Positions 38,501 to 51,059 of a stretch of 64,000 nt of DNA are shown piece by piece. How positions within the stretch are numbered: the stretch's first letter is position 1; every line of letters begins with the position of its first letter. Source of the DNA: Tubiluchus corallicola (Eukaryota; Animalia; Priapulida); assembly GCA_030141605.1 (NCBI GenBank), contig JAQGDQ010000566.1, forward strand, positions 75,306-139,305, written 5' to 3'. Below the pieces are notes generated by a model that worked only from the letters and a program-made list of their open reading frames with translations, searched no databases and was not told the DNA's origin. Both the position numbers and the translations under genes were made by a program.

Positions 38501-41500
38501 CTATTATGTCTATTGAATTGTTATATTATTAATACCAGAAAAATATTGCAATATTGCAACACTAATCGTGCTGTTTATTCTTTCTGGCAGCTTGCAGCCC
38601 TGGGAGGGTTCATTCTTACCTTGGGTTTTCTCGCATTTAATGGAGGGTCACAAGGCAGTATGTCTCAGAGCGAAGACGGTGGAACAGTAGCCCTAGCAAT
38701 GGTAAGTAGAGGTATAATAATTCGCTAAATGTTGCTAACTTATTGTTGTGGTTCTGCACGCATGTTTCTCCGTAGTTTAGCTTCTTTTAAATTAAATAAT
38801 TACATTCTGTTCAAACATTACTTTCTGCTGTGAAAGTTAGTGTGTAATATGCAACAGATTTGAAGAAATACCAGTAAACATCTTCCCTCGCCCACTAATA
38901 TGGCAGTGTTGACTGACAATTCTGCAGCCGACTCCTAATCTCAGATCTGAAAATTCAAGCAAAAAGTTGAAAAATGATTTTTGTTGTAAGTTATGATTTA
39001 AGAAAATCCTAATAGAGAGCGGTGTGCAGACGGAAGTATTTTCGTCTAAACATAAATTCAAAATGTGCCACCTAAGTCATCGACATAAGATCTACTACTG
39101 CAATAGATATTCCTTACTTCTTGGAAAATTCCGTATTTGCACATATTAAATCGTTCCTTTAAACTGGTTATTTAATCATAACTAGACAGTCTTAATAATA
39201 TAACGAATAAGTCAGTTTGGGCATTTTGATTTTCCATTTTGCATTATAACCTTCGCAGAGATGTTCTCCACCTTCAATCAATCAGTAAATCTTGCACATA
39301 TGCATTTTCTCATTTTACCTCATTTTACTAATTTTGTATAATTGTCTCTTAACTTCCACCTCATCGTGTCGCCAACTGTCGTCATTACTCCTCACTAGTT
39401 TTCCACGTCATTTCCTTTTCATTTTTTCTTTTATTTTTAAAACATGTCATTTAAATCGAAATTTCGCAATCAGTGCATTTTTCAAGCTTGACTACCTTAA
39501 TGCCCTGCAACACAAATCATTTAGGTATTTATTTAAATAGCTCAAATTTCACTTCTGATTAAGAACTTTACTTATTATTGAATTATAATGGGCATTGAAA
39601 TGATTGTTTCGTAATTTGTATTTTTCTAATGTCAGTATTACACTTAATTATGTTGATGTGAAATAAACAATCTTGAAAAATCATGAATCAATCTTGAAAA
39701 CAGGTCAACACAATCATTGCTGGTAGCTTTGCAGCATTCTCTGGCTTGTTGGTCAACAAAATTGGATTCCTTGGTACAATGAAATGGAGTCTGTTAACAA
39801 CAATAAACTGTGCCCTTACTGGAATGGTGAGTTCGTTGCATTAAATTTAATTTATTAATGTGATTAATGCCAACTAATTTATCTGTCCAGAAACTGAAAT
39901 GTAACGCCCAGACTGCATCACCCATTAAAGTGACTAGGCTGAAACTTATTTCCTCTTGTATGAATCAAATTGTCTCTTAATACTAAAACGACAACCTATA
40001 AATTATATGTTATCCATATATATATATATATATATATATATATGGATAACATATATAACACATATATATATATATCTATTTATACATACTTATACAAAGA
40101 TATATGATATGTATATATCTTTGATAAGTTGGATTTTGATTTTGTTATTCAGTATTAGAATGTTTTCTTTTTTCGAATTGCAAAAGTGTGTATAACCTTT
40201 ATTAAAACTTCATTGCTGGTAATTATTTTATTACACGTGTTTTTGTCAGAATACCAAGTGAAGACGATCCAGTGTAAATAATTTATTGGATACGTTTTAT
40301 TATTTTTTCTTTGCATGTTGCATTTTTCAAGCGTACCATTTGTGCTATCAATTTACTGTACGCATTTATGGCTAGAATGAAGTTTGCGCAGTATAAAATA
40401 CAAAGCACGAGATTCATCGTCATCCAGTCATTATTATTTTTTTAAATTGTCTTTAGAATAGAATAGATAATTTATTTATTTCTTGGATACATAAAAAACA
40501 AGATACATACATGTTTTTTTCCATTATGGTTCAAGTTTTAATAAAAGTTAAATCACAAAATAAAGTACACAGAGAATGTTAAAAATACAACAGCTTACTA
40601 TTACGTTATGTAAAAATTAAATAATAATAAAAACTTAAATGTACTGTAAATCAAACACAAAAGATCATCGATGGTTATATATAAAAATATGCATAAGATC
40701 AAATTTGTACAATTAGACTAAAAACCTAAAAAAAGTAAAAATAAACTAAGATCTATAATGGTTATTTAAAAACACTATAGATAAAAATCAAATCTATAGT
40801 ATCCTGAAACGCAGTTATAATCCTAAGAAATCTGTACTCTATCTAAAATTTATAATTCTTATTTAAATTAACAGCACTATATATTCGACTAATATAAAGC
40901 GTTTGCGTTTGTAGCAAAGCAGTTCTAAGCTGTACTTCTGATGACTAAAACCTAAGATTAGCATTGACATTATTGCACGATAGTGCTTCCGAATATTGTA
41001 ATATTGCCTTTCCTTAGTCTATTCTTGAATTTGATGGTAAAAGTTGGCCTTCTCCCGTTTGTCTCGTGTTATGTTGTATAATTTTCCTATTTATTTAGCT
41101 TAAATAACGTTTGCTATGATGCCTAGGTGTCAATATGTGCTGGTTGCAATGTTTACTACCCATGGGCAGCTTCTGTGATTGGCATGATTGGTGGTTTCAC
41201 ATTCATTCTCTGGGCTTATATAGTAGGCAAAGTCCTGCTCATCGATGATCCACTTGATGCAACAGCAGGTAAAATAGATGCTTAATCATTTACAACTAAA
41301 ACGATGCTATGTAGACCACGTCTTCCTGATCTATGATTTCTAAATGAGGTGTAAACCATTTCGTGATCATATCTTTACCTTGATCATTTCCGGATAAGGA
41401 AGTGTTTGTCCACCTTAAGGAGCTCGTCTAGGCACAATCACGAGGCTGTTTAGAGTTACTTATATCAGTTTTTTGACATTAGCTGTTCTCTTTTCATGAA

Positions 41501-44055
41501 GCGGCCAATTCAAGGATATATGGAAAATTATAACTAAAAGCAAGAAACAAACAAATTTTAAAAACTAGTCCAATCAGAGTAGAGAGCTCCTGTTTCTGTT
41601 ACAGTTCACGCTGGAGGAGGTGTGTGGGGCATTTTGGCTGCTCCAATCTTTGCTCGGGATACTGGGATCATATACACTGGAAGTCGAATAGCTTTTCTGG
41701 TAGGTTACCATGATGACCAACACCATAGTATTAATAATTAAGGCACATTAGGACGGTAACAGTTTTAGCTGCACTGAATATTTCAATCGTATGAAACTAC
41801 CCGTTACCGTATATAATTGTTTATTGAAAACGACATTTGGAGATTATTCCCGCAAAATACTTGAAAATTAAATTAGTTTACATACTAACAATGTATTAAG
41901 CAATGTAACTAATGCTTAAAATCAATGCTTAGATTTGCAAATGATGGGAAATTATCGAGAGAGGTCCTAAAAGGAATGATAACATTTTAATGACGTAAAC
42001 TTTAATGCAATTGTAAGTGCGAGCATAAAATCCAGTTAAGTATGAGGTGCGGCAACAGTGTGTAGCGGCAAAGCACCATTGAATTATAATCACAGAGTTA
42101 AACCTAATGCATGTAATAAAATACTATGGCAAGCTCATATAAAAACTACTGACGATACAACAGTAGCAAAACAGTCACTTTATGAAAATGATTCTTTATG
42201 TTAATGGTCCGTGAATGCTGAAAGAATCCAATCTTCAATCAGTCAAGAAGTAAGAAACATCAACCTTTAATGTATAATGATGTTGGTTACACTGACTGTT
42301 TGTTCAATGAACAGCCATACAAAAATTTTGCTTTAGTTATCTTGAAGACAATCTTTTAATTCTAAATATGTGTGCATATTTTACATTCTAGCAATTTGCT
42401 TGGAATTTGGCTGGCGCTTTGGCTATTGCCTTGTGGAGTGCTGTCATGGCCGTTCTTATATTTGGGGGACTGAAGATGGTGAATGTTCTACGCGTCGACC
42501 ATATAACTGAAGAACGTGGTCTAGACATTCCAAAACACGGAGAGCAGGCGTATCCTGTAGAGGCCTATGGGCACGGCTGGGGAGAAAAGGGAGATGCACT
42601 AAAAAAGATGGTCATGAAAACAATGCAGAGTGGAGGTGGTGGTGTCCTTATGGCTGGTAGTGGAGGTATGTTTTTTAAGAATGCTGTTTTAAAATAAAAA
42701 TAGTGAACTAAATTTAGCCAAATAGCATTAATAGCTTTAACAGCAATCCAACAACAGCTACAATAACAATGGCTACAACAATAACCAAAACACCTTAACA
42801 GCAACAACAACAGCAGGAACAGCAACAGCGAGAGCAATAGCAACAGAACAGCAACAGCAGGAGGAGGAAAACAACAACAACATGAGCAATAGCACCTTCA
42901 GCTGCAGTCATAGCAAAACAACTACAATAACAACAACAACAAACAACAATAAGGCACAGGCATAGTAGGAGGCAAAGTTACAAGCACAAGCTACGGCGGC
43001 TGGTAGCTAATATTAGTGGGAGTGCTCCTTCGGAAAATTTTCAGCCATTGTTTTCATATTGAGTAAAATGAAGCAAACATATAAAAAGAAAATTTATACA
43101 TAAACTTGACAAAATCCTAAACAAAACACTTGCACGACATGATCGTCACTGCGTGAGCGACAGTGCTTTCTCTACCTAGCAAGCAGCTTCTTATCTCGGA
43201 CACGTGTACGTGTACATGGCCGCGTGCGCACGACAACCAAGCGTGTCCACCCCAATACTATACACAAGCCGCCACCGAGCACAAGCTAGGCAAGTATGGC
43301 AAGTCCACCCCAAAACTATACACGAGCCGCCACTGAGCGCAAGCTAGGCAAGTATGGCAAGTCCACCCCAATACTATACACGAGCCACCACCGAGCGCAA
43401 GCTAGGCAAGTATGGCAAGTCCACCCCAATACTATACACGAGCCGCCACTGAGCGCAAGCTAGGCAAGTATGGCAAGTCCACCCCAATACTATACACGAG
43501 CCGCCACCGAGCGCAAGCTAGGCAAGTATGGCAAGTCCACCCCAATACTATACACGAGCCGCCACCGAGCGCAAGCTAGGCAAGTATGGCAAGTCCACCC
43601 CAATACTATACACAAGCCCCCACCGAGCGCAAGTTAGGCAAGTCCACACCAATACTATACACATAATACACACAAAAAAACCTATAAACACCGCCAACAA
43701 TAATGCCAACAACACCTATTGCAGTGACCGTAACAATAATAACAACAATAACTAAAAATATTTTGTGGTTTTTGTATTGATTTCTTTTAACCCTTGTTCT
43801 TATTATGAATGTGCATTTTGATCTGTGCTATTTAGTGAACAGTAAATATGCCTAAAGTGTTTGTTTGATTTGTTAGGTGATTTAGCCAGAAGAGTGAGTC
43901 ATGTGAGCACAACATCTCTTGAAAAGATAAACAACCGATTCGAAACACCTGAACTTCAACATCGGAAAATGGCTATCCAGCAGAATTTAGGGGACCGTTC
44001 TAGATCTTTGAATGCAAGCTTAGAATGTGTAAGCACTCTTCCGTTTGGAGAATGA
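28362..44055 (+). CDS. amt: Ammonium transporter (Amt/Mep/Rh family, animal Amt type), 11 exons, 547 aa
   Basis: Exons 28362-28539, 33263-33352, 34740-34967, 35295-35383, 36340-36474, 38591-38701, 39704-39826, 41127-41268, 41605-41699, 42392-42665, 43877-44055. All GT-AG and phase-consistent, 1644 nt. Hallmarks: [99 protein letters not shown]. Twin-His pair intact. Confidence 0.96.
30298..30496. repeat. ~106-bp tandem duplication (2 copies) inside a dispersed repeat
   Basis: GATACAGTGCTGTTTCACAAG(A/G)TGGCGCGAATATTTTAAATTA..TAGGTAA..AAGTTTATATG occurs twice. The upstream TAGATAACATTGCGT motif (30177) recurs at 44337. Confidence 0.8.
31278..31484. mobile_element. 207-bp MITE with perfect 64-bp TIRs and 5-bp TSD (ATCAC)
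   Basis: ATCAC|TAGAGGATCTCGAAGATATTCAGC...GCTGAATATCTTCGAGATCCTCTA|ATCAC, in Amt intron 1. Confidence 0.9.
32347..32695. repeat. Inverted repeat (~110-bp arms) around a (TA)n-rich core
   Basis: ATTTATCAAATTACCAAAAACAGGCGATTGTTTG..TATACCCTATTGCATGACC..TTACGTGACA is mirrored by TGTCACGTAA..GGTCATGCAATAGGGTATA..CAAACAATCGCATGTTTTTGGTAAATTGATAAAT. Confidence 0.8.
33518..33815. repeat. (GAT/GAC)n compound microsatellite with internal duplication
   Basis: GAT runs plus two copies of ATTATGTCTCTAGCTAATGAC(A/G)GTGATTACAGCAAAGATAATGGTGAT; intronic. Confidence 0.9.
35429..35535. repeat. (GTT/GCT)n microsatellite
   Basis: Visible directly, just 3' of Amt exon 4. Confidence 0.95.
36599..36735. repeat. 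~76-bp-period tandem duplication (2 copies)
   Basis: TATAAGTAAAACTTTTACTA(T/C)TACTAATTTAATATAAGATAAGAAA..ATATTTATT..CAGG occurs twice. Confidence 0.8.
39330..39699 (+). mobile_element. Probable L2-type LINE 3' remnant abutting Amt exon 7
   Basis: Decayed L2-like C-terminal peptide (R..S..LL...PR...RNFAISA...NAL), then AATAAA and a repeated AATCTTGAAA tail. Confidence 0.4.
40900..41075 (-). mobile_element. L2-type LINE 3' remnant
   Basis: Minus-strand peptide [34 protein letters not shown] fits the NTR...GK..F.Y.GA.LWN.L pattern. Confidence 0.4.
43245..43662. repeat. 58-bp GC-rich minisatellite, ~7 copies
   Basis: Unit GTCCACCCCAATACTATACACGAGCCGCCACCGAGCGCAAGCTAGGCAAGTATGGCAA starts at 43245, 43303, 43361, 43419, 43477, 43535 and 43593. 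Lies in the last Amt intron. Confidence 0.97.
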
Positions 44056-44945
44056 AGACATTCATCAACAATTATTAGTGTTCATCAAAACTGCGAAACT
44101 TCGTATGTGATAAAAAATGTGTTACCTTTTTGGTTGTTAAATTCCTTAAAGCGCAAAAAAACCCTCCACTTGCATAAAATTTAAAAAATTCGCTTTGAAA
44201 TTTTATACCACTTACGTACTGCCTTTTTGCATGCAGGGCTTGCGTCGGCATCAATACTGTAATAACTCGTAAATTTAAACTCCCGCGATGACCGTTAAGC
44301 GCAGCCATTTTAATGGTAGGTCGTTTATTACGAGTCTAGATAACATTGCGTGAAGTTTGAAAAATAATCAGAGCATTCGTAGCATGCATGTTGCTACCTA
44401 AATAAAATTTTAAATTACTGTATCTCCTCAATAGGATCAAAAATACATTTTTGGTTAGTGCATGGTGTAGCCTAGAGGGTGAGTCAGCGACATTTTACCA
44501 ATTATTGAAAACATTTTAAATAATTAAAAATTTTCTTTTGTAATTACCTAAGTCTAATTACCAGCAGGTAAGGGAAATGCTATGTAATATATATTTGCAT
44601 GGCAATTTTTTTTGGGACATAATTTAAAATTTCCCTTTCTTCCCCTGATTTACGTTTGTGTAAGTGACGTCATGTAATGGCGCACATTGGAACAGTATTG
44701 CGGGAGATTTAAAATGAAAACAAACAAAAATTATTTATAACGCGAGTGCTTTACGAGCGATACGAAAATGTTGTAAAGTAATGCTGTAAATCATTTCAAG
44801 GTGATTTTTCTGAAGCCCTCTTCAGGTACCTCTTTTCTTGTCTTTTAAGCCGATGGCTTAATAACATTGATGGACTCGAGTTAACAGTATTGTCCTACGT
44901 TTTAAACAATCCGTTTCAAAGTTTATTTCAGCAGTTTTTACTGAA

Positions 44946-45486
44946 AGGAAAACCGGACGATTGTGTAAACATTAGTTCAGAATAAAGACTGCTCTAAAAT
45001 AATGAAAATTACAATAGCTTTTTAAATCAAAGCTTAGTTTAAATAATAATTACCTCGGATACTCAAATTTTGTTAAACTTTCAAAGCTACGCGCGGCTCA
45101 GTGAACCTACTAAGATTGGCAACGGCGCCTTTTTGTCACATTCGCGTGGCCGATAAATAGAAGGCGGTACCGTGATAACCACGATCATGAACTGCAGTGT
45201 TAGTTTCTGACATCATATGACGTAGAGCCCATTTTCGTGACATTACGCGTTTAAGCAGTAACGCTTACGCAAACATGCTTGACGTGCAGAGGAAGATGCC
45301 TGCCATTGCACAAACTGTGGTTAGTTTCTGACGTAAGCAATAGTTGTGTTCGGTTGCCGTTAATTAACTTTCTAAGCTAATTATTCAAATATAAGAAACA
45401 ATTGCTAACTTTTATAGGCAAGAAAATGTCTACTTCGGATAGTAAATTAAAGTGAGATTGAGTCTAACCAATCGTCCGGTTTTCCT
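44946..45486. mobile_element. Kolobok-like MITE with 4-bp TGAA TSD
   Basis: TGAA|AGGAAAACCGGACGATTG ... CAATCGTCCGGTTTTCCT|TGAA; perfect 18-bp TIR. Confidence 0.75.
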
Positions 45487-47070
45487 TGAACAATTTCAGT
45501 ACCCTTACGCATGTTGTTGCTACATAAGTTTTGTAACTTTCCATGTTGTGGGTCAAAGGTATCTTTCTTTATGTGTGCACAAAGAATGCTGATGAACTAC
45601 CTGAACATATAATTATTATATTCAATCTTACAATATTAAATCTCTATAAATAAGATGTCAAATATAGGACAAAACAACACATTTTTTGTTTGTTTTATTG
45701 TATTTATCGCAGTGTTTTATGAATAAGTTTTATGGTTTCATAATTATTGTGAAATAACAACAACAACACGACATACAACAACAACAACGACGACGACAAG
45801 AGCAACAGCAGCAACAACAACAACAAGATGAGTGTGTCTAACTAAAGCTCCTTTTGTTTTGACTAAAACAGTTGTAATACATGAAAGAAAATTTTACTAA
45901 AGCTCCTTTATTTGGGCTTAAAAACAATTATAGATAATGAAAGTAAATTTTACTTTATAGGTGTAGCCTACATATGCATTATATAAATAGTGTAGCTAGT
46001 ATATAATCATTCGAGTGCTATATTTTTATGTTCTATAGTTTTGTAAAGATAAAAAACGTAGCGTGTACTACAAGCATAAATTGAAAGGTGTAAACACTAT
46101 TTTCAACTATTAAATTAGTTATTCTGATATGTTTTCATTTTGTGGCCGTGTTTTTGTTCATATTAATTAGTTTTGTCACGCATGCGCAGTAAGCAGAGGT
46201 CAATTCAGCTTAAAGTGTAAAAGTCAAAATAATTACTTTGCATCTTTAATCGTGAGTTGATAAATGGAAAAGGTGTCAGCTGTGAATTCATTTTAGTCTC
46301 CATACCTGATAGTCTATGTTTGTGTTATTACTTTGCTTGGGAGAACAAGTTCTTTATGGACTCTGTTTTTCTTTTGCCAGGTATTTTTTTCTGCATGAGA
46401 CACAGTAAAATTTTTTGTAGATATCTACTGTAAAAATTTTCGTTTCGGAATAGGCATGCGTCTTCCAAAAACATACAAAGTTTCATTGTGATCATTTGAA
46501 TTTACTGCCAAATTTAAATTATTTTTAATCGGATAACTTTTAATGCTCAAATGTATCCCTCTGTATTAGAACTACATCATTCATCAGACAACGCATGCAA
46601 GGTGAACTATATGGTGAAAATGCAAGCAATTATGCACCCCATAAGTTCAAAACATCTGCTGCCAGCATTGTGGTGAGATTTCCATTAAAACGGTGGAGAT
46701 GATACCTGGGTTTAATAATCTTCCCGCATTATAACAGTAAATATCATGACTTTGATGAGGGTGGGTATTTAAACATTCTGCACCAGGGTTGTACTCACTA
46801 TTCGTCTAGGAAGCTTTGCAGTTTCGTTGCTACAGGAAGCATTGTTGTTTGGCGTGGAACGCATGCAAGAAGAAGGTAAAATTAGATATTTTAATATTTT
46901 GTAGTTTTTTTAGACGTAGAGTGACGGATAATCTAATGTACTTCTTAATTAACCGCATCACAACACACCGTATTTTGGAATTACAGCCGTATTTGTGTTT
47001 AATATGGATGTTTACATTTGGGTTCTCAACTGTAGACAAATTTAAAAGCCCATTCACCTATTGATGAATT

Positions 47071-47535
47071 CAGTGCCGGATTAAGGCACGGGCTTTATGG
47101 GCTGCAGTCCAAGGGCCTCCCCCAGCTGAGGGCTCCAGAGTAAAGTTACTACAGAATGAGAGTAGAAGTACGTTGAATTATCTCATTAAAAACGGTTCAA
47201 TTAATTAATATACTGTACAGTAATACACTGCAACTGTTTTCTTATCCACAATTCTAGCTCACTGGTACTGCCGCACTAGCAAATACCAGTAATTTGTACG
47301 CATTTGTATTTCATATTTCAAAAAGTTATTTTAATTAGGTAAATATCAGAATATCTCCTCTTTTTCTTGTGTTAGACTTGCACCCATCTATGTAGGTCTA
47401 ATGTTGGCATTATCTTGTAGAAGTTGAATAAACTGATTTGAGGAATCCAACATTCATACTTTTGTATTGTCACTGGGTACCGAAGCCTCACAGAATCTGT
47501 AGCTCAGGGGAGTACCAAATCAAAATGAGGCCCTG
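47071..47535. mobile_element. Degenerate hAT-like MITE
   Basis: Start CAGTGCCGGATTAAGG and end ATGAGGCCCTG. Flanks GATGAATT / CATTAATT (6/8 match). Confidence 0.5.
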
Positions 47536-48529
47536 CATTAATTTTATATTATGTGTAATTAAGGCTTGATGAACTTAGGCTAGCAAATCGTACTATTAAA
47601 CGACCTTAAATGAACGCTAAATTACCGCTTTAATTATTATTAAATGAACGCATCTAATTACGTCAAATGATTTTATTATTTAATTCTTCGGTAAAAAGAT
47701 ACTTTTAACTTTTTTAACTTTGCCAATAACAAGCCGTAGCGTGTAGACATGTATAGTTACGAGTCAGTTTTTAGTTAACCTTAATGAAAAATCTATCACT
47801 GGTTGTACATAAGCAAAATTTGTGTGTTATTTCTCGTCACATTTTCATTTTGTGCAAAATGGCGACATTGCCATTCAAACCCGACTTATGCAAAATGATT
47901 GGATGCTCATTGTAGACCTAGTGATTATTACTTATTGATTGACATAACAGGGAAATTGATTGAGTCTTTGTAGGACCGTTTTTGATTATCTAAGCACAGA
48001 TTGACTATTATATAGATCAAAATTTGAGATAATAATATTGACGATTTATAATTTATTACAATACATTACAGTGAAGTACAATGAAAAAACTACATAGACA
48101 GAACCCTGCACATGAGGTAGGAATATAATCGCCATATAATTCAATAATAATAATAATAATAATAATAATAGTAAAGGGTAATTATGACAACTATAATATA
48201 TTATGTTATGTTGTATTACAAAGTTTAGTGCACACACGAGTTTTAATTATTTCAATTACATTTTTCATTAAGTTTACACTGTAGAGCATAGTATTATATT
48301 CAACATTCTGGTAAACGGCATTTAAAAAGAAGCAATGGAAATCTTACACTATTAACTAAAACAACAGGTAAACTCAATTTTGCAAATTTCGTTTCTTAAA
48401 ACACTCAGTAATGAATTTTGACACTTAAGTTTGTCATTTCGCTTATTTTATGACACTAATTATTTCACTTCTGATTATGCATGTTTATTCTTCAGTGGTC
48501 GTAAAATCCTATACAGCTACAGTATTTGA

Positions 48530-49484
48530 CTAAGCTTCGATTAAGCTCGCTAAATAAATCAGGTCTTCATAACTGTGTTGAGGAAGAGTACACACGTTTC
48601 TGATTGTTGATTTAGCCACGAATGGACACGTAGATGGTTCTTGTTGAAGATCGTCGCCAACGAGGTTAATCGGTGACTCACCCCAGGTGAACAAATCTCC
48701 AGTGTTAGTGCAAGTCTTTGAAGACAGGCTTATTTCTTCGTCGGTCAACTTTCTAGACGACATCCAGATGCCGGTAACACAACCTTTAAAGCTTTCCTCT
48801 ATTTCAAAGTCACCACCTGTATAGTCTTGGTCCTGCCCAAATATCAGAATACCGCCAGCAGGAATGACGCCCAAAGTCTCCTCATATGTTTCTGACGCGT
48901 GATACTTGTCATCAGCGTCAACGACCCAGCTATTGTCTGTACTATCGTAGCGGGCACACAAGTAATGCCACTTACCGTCTCTCAAGTTTGCATTAAGTGC
49001 TACCAGATTATTGTCTTCTGGCCTATCGCCGTTCACGTACAATGCCAGTGAATTACATTTCAGAGCAAACTGGATCGTGTCGTCGTCGTTACTGAACTCA
49101 GAGTCTGTAGCGTACGACAGTAACGTTGTTTCGACATTATATAAGGTCTCTTTGTCCGTTTTCACCCACATGCACGCCGTGAAAGTTGTCAAATTTTCAT
49201 TAATGACATTGCCTAGATCTATGTAGCTGTCGTTACTGAAATCAGGAAACACTACCATACCCTCATCAACATCTCCATCGCTTGCTTCCTCGACATCAAA
49301 ACATTCTACTTCACCTTTTAAAGCATTTATATCAACTAAATTTGTCTTCTTTCTTTTGTTGTGTAGCTCTGTTGAATACTGCATCTTGCTGTATCCACTT
49401 TTCGACTTGCTGAATTTACGCAGTGGTTGGTTACCATATCCGCGCCTTGCATTGAATTGAGATTTTCCTGCACCGGCCTCTGTA
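48530..49484 (-). CDS. Pentraxin-domain protein, main exon
   Basis: 320-aa ORF with LTTFTACMWVKT, LLSYAT, LRDGKWHYLCARYDS, IPAGGILIFGQDQDYTGGDFEIEESFKGCVTGIWM..R.L...EI. Polypyrimidine tract and AG acceptor at ~49485-49510 on the minus strand. Confidence 0.9.
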
Positions 49485-49630
49485 CTTGCCAAAAAAAAAG
49501 AATAAAATGATTACCACGGAAAAAGCACAAAAACAGCATAAACGACAACGTGTAGTTAATGCCATCGTCTATAACAGCCAATATATTGAGATCACAAGAC
49601 GTGCTGGCATGGAGGTTTAGCTACATTCTA

Positions 49631-50575
49631 TCTACATATATATATATATATATATATATATAGTGCGTTTGTACGTTTTTAGGTCAAAAAGTTAAAACAA
49701 AATGTGACCTTTTTAACTTGGGGGCAAAAGCCTTAACGTACCGTTCCTATTATTTAGTAGGTTGCTGCTGGCTTTCACACTTGTGACATTTTCAAACTAG
49801 CACGTTGCTACACAAGTGGATGAGAATGTCATTTGTCAATTGTGTCATGTAAAAATGTAAAAATTATGGCAAACAAATTATGGCTTTGTCACTCAGCTTC
49901 TCTTACAATATTGGACTAGGAGTCACTGTTAATGCATGTATGGGCAACCGGGCAAAAGCAGATGTGTAATAAGTATTTTTCGAAAAGTGGGCTTGGCCAG
50001 ATCACATGACATAAGCGAAAGTGTTAAAATGGGGTCTAATCAATAACCCCATAAGTGCAAGAGCTAGAATCACGAAACTTGCAAAGTGGGCACCTAACAT
50101 AGGTTGCATGGAACGGTATAGGAATGGGGACCTCTGGGTCAAAGAATACAGCAGTAAGACTCAAAATGTGAAAATAAGAGTGAGCGAATTTGTCACTCAA
50201 CACTGCTTGCAGTATTTAACTAGAAACCTATGTTATAGCGCCTATGAGTAAGCAGTCGAGTACAGGCGTGTAATTAGATTTTTTTGAAAAGTGTGCATGG
50301 CCAGGTTACGTAACATAGGCGAAAGTGTTAAAACGGGTTACAATGAAATGCATTTCCTATGTAATCAATATGGAGAATTCAAGCATAGCAAAATTATGAT
50401 CTTGAGACAAAGTCAGGAAAGATTTTTCACAGTCAGCACTTGCAGTTTTTGTCTTAAGTTTATGGACTTTGTCATAAACACGGTCTAGTTGTTTCGCCTT
50501 CGCTGTACTGATTCTGACTGTTTACCTCATAGAGGGCGCTGCATGAACACCCGACATGCCAGGCACCTCTACTAG
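49631..50575 (+). mobile_element. Non-autonomous Helitron-like element in the pentraxin intron
   Basis: 5' A|TCTAC(AT)n. 3' imperfect hairpin CCCGACATGCCAGG followed by CACCTCTA-CTAG|T. Internal duplicated block (GAAAAGTG..TGGCCAG.T.AC.T.ACATA.GCGAAAGTGTTAAAA). Confidence 0.65.
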
Positions 50576-51059
50576 TTCAATATCTTATCTTAGAGCCTGC
50601 AGGGGCATCGCCCTGATAACGACCCAGATTTCGTTTGACAACCCAGAGTTGACATCTCTACTCCAGTATATTGGATGACGCATTAAAATGTACAAAATTT
50701 ACATACGCAAAAGTACAGTAAAAAAATTACGATACATATGAATAATTATGTATGTTCTATCTCTGGACTGATGTCTTACAATAGTGTCAAATTTGTTAGT
50801 AAATTATACATGATTAAAAACATTGATGAAGCGATGTTAGTAAGTAAAAACATTTAAAATTTACAAATCAGAAATTTTTACACGCAATTAATAATAATTT
50901 TAAACTTAAGCTTATGTATAGTGCACAAATTAATAAAGAATGTTATATAATCACATTTGTTTCCACATGTGTATGAATTTACGTGATGTAGATGTGAAAT
51001 CCTCCACCTCTAAATAACAAACAAACAAAATAGCCGTCTACAGAAGAAGAGTTACTTAC

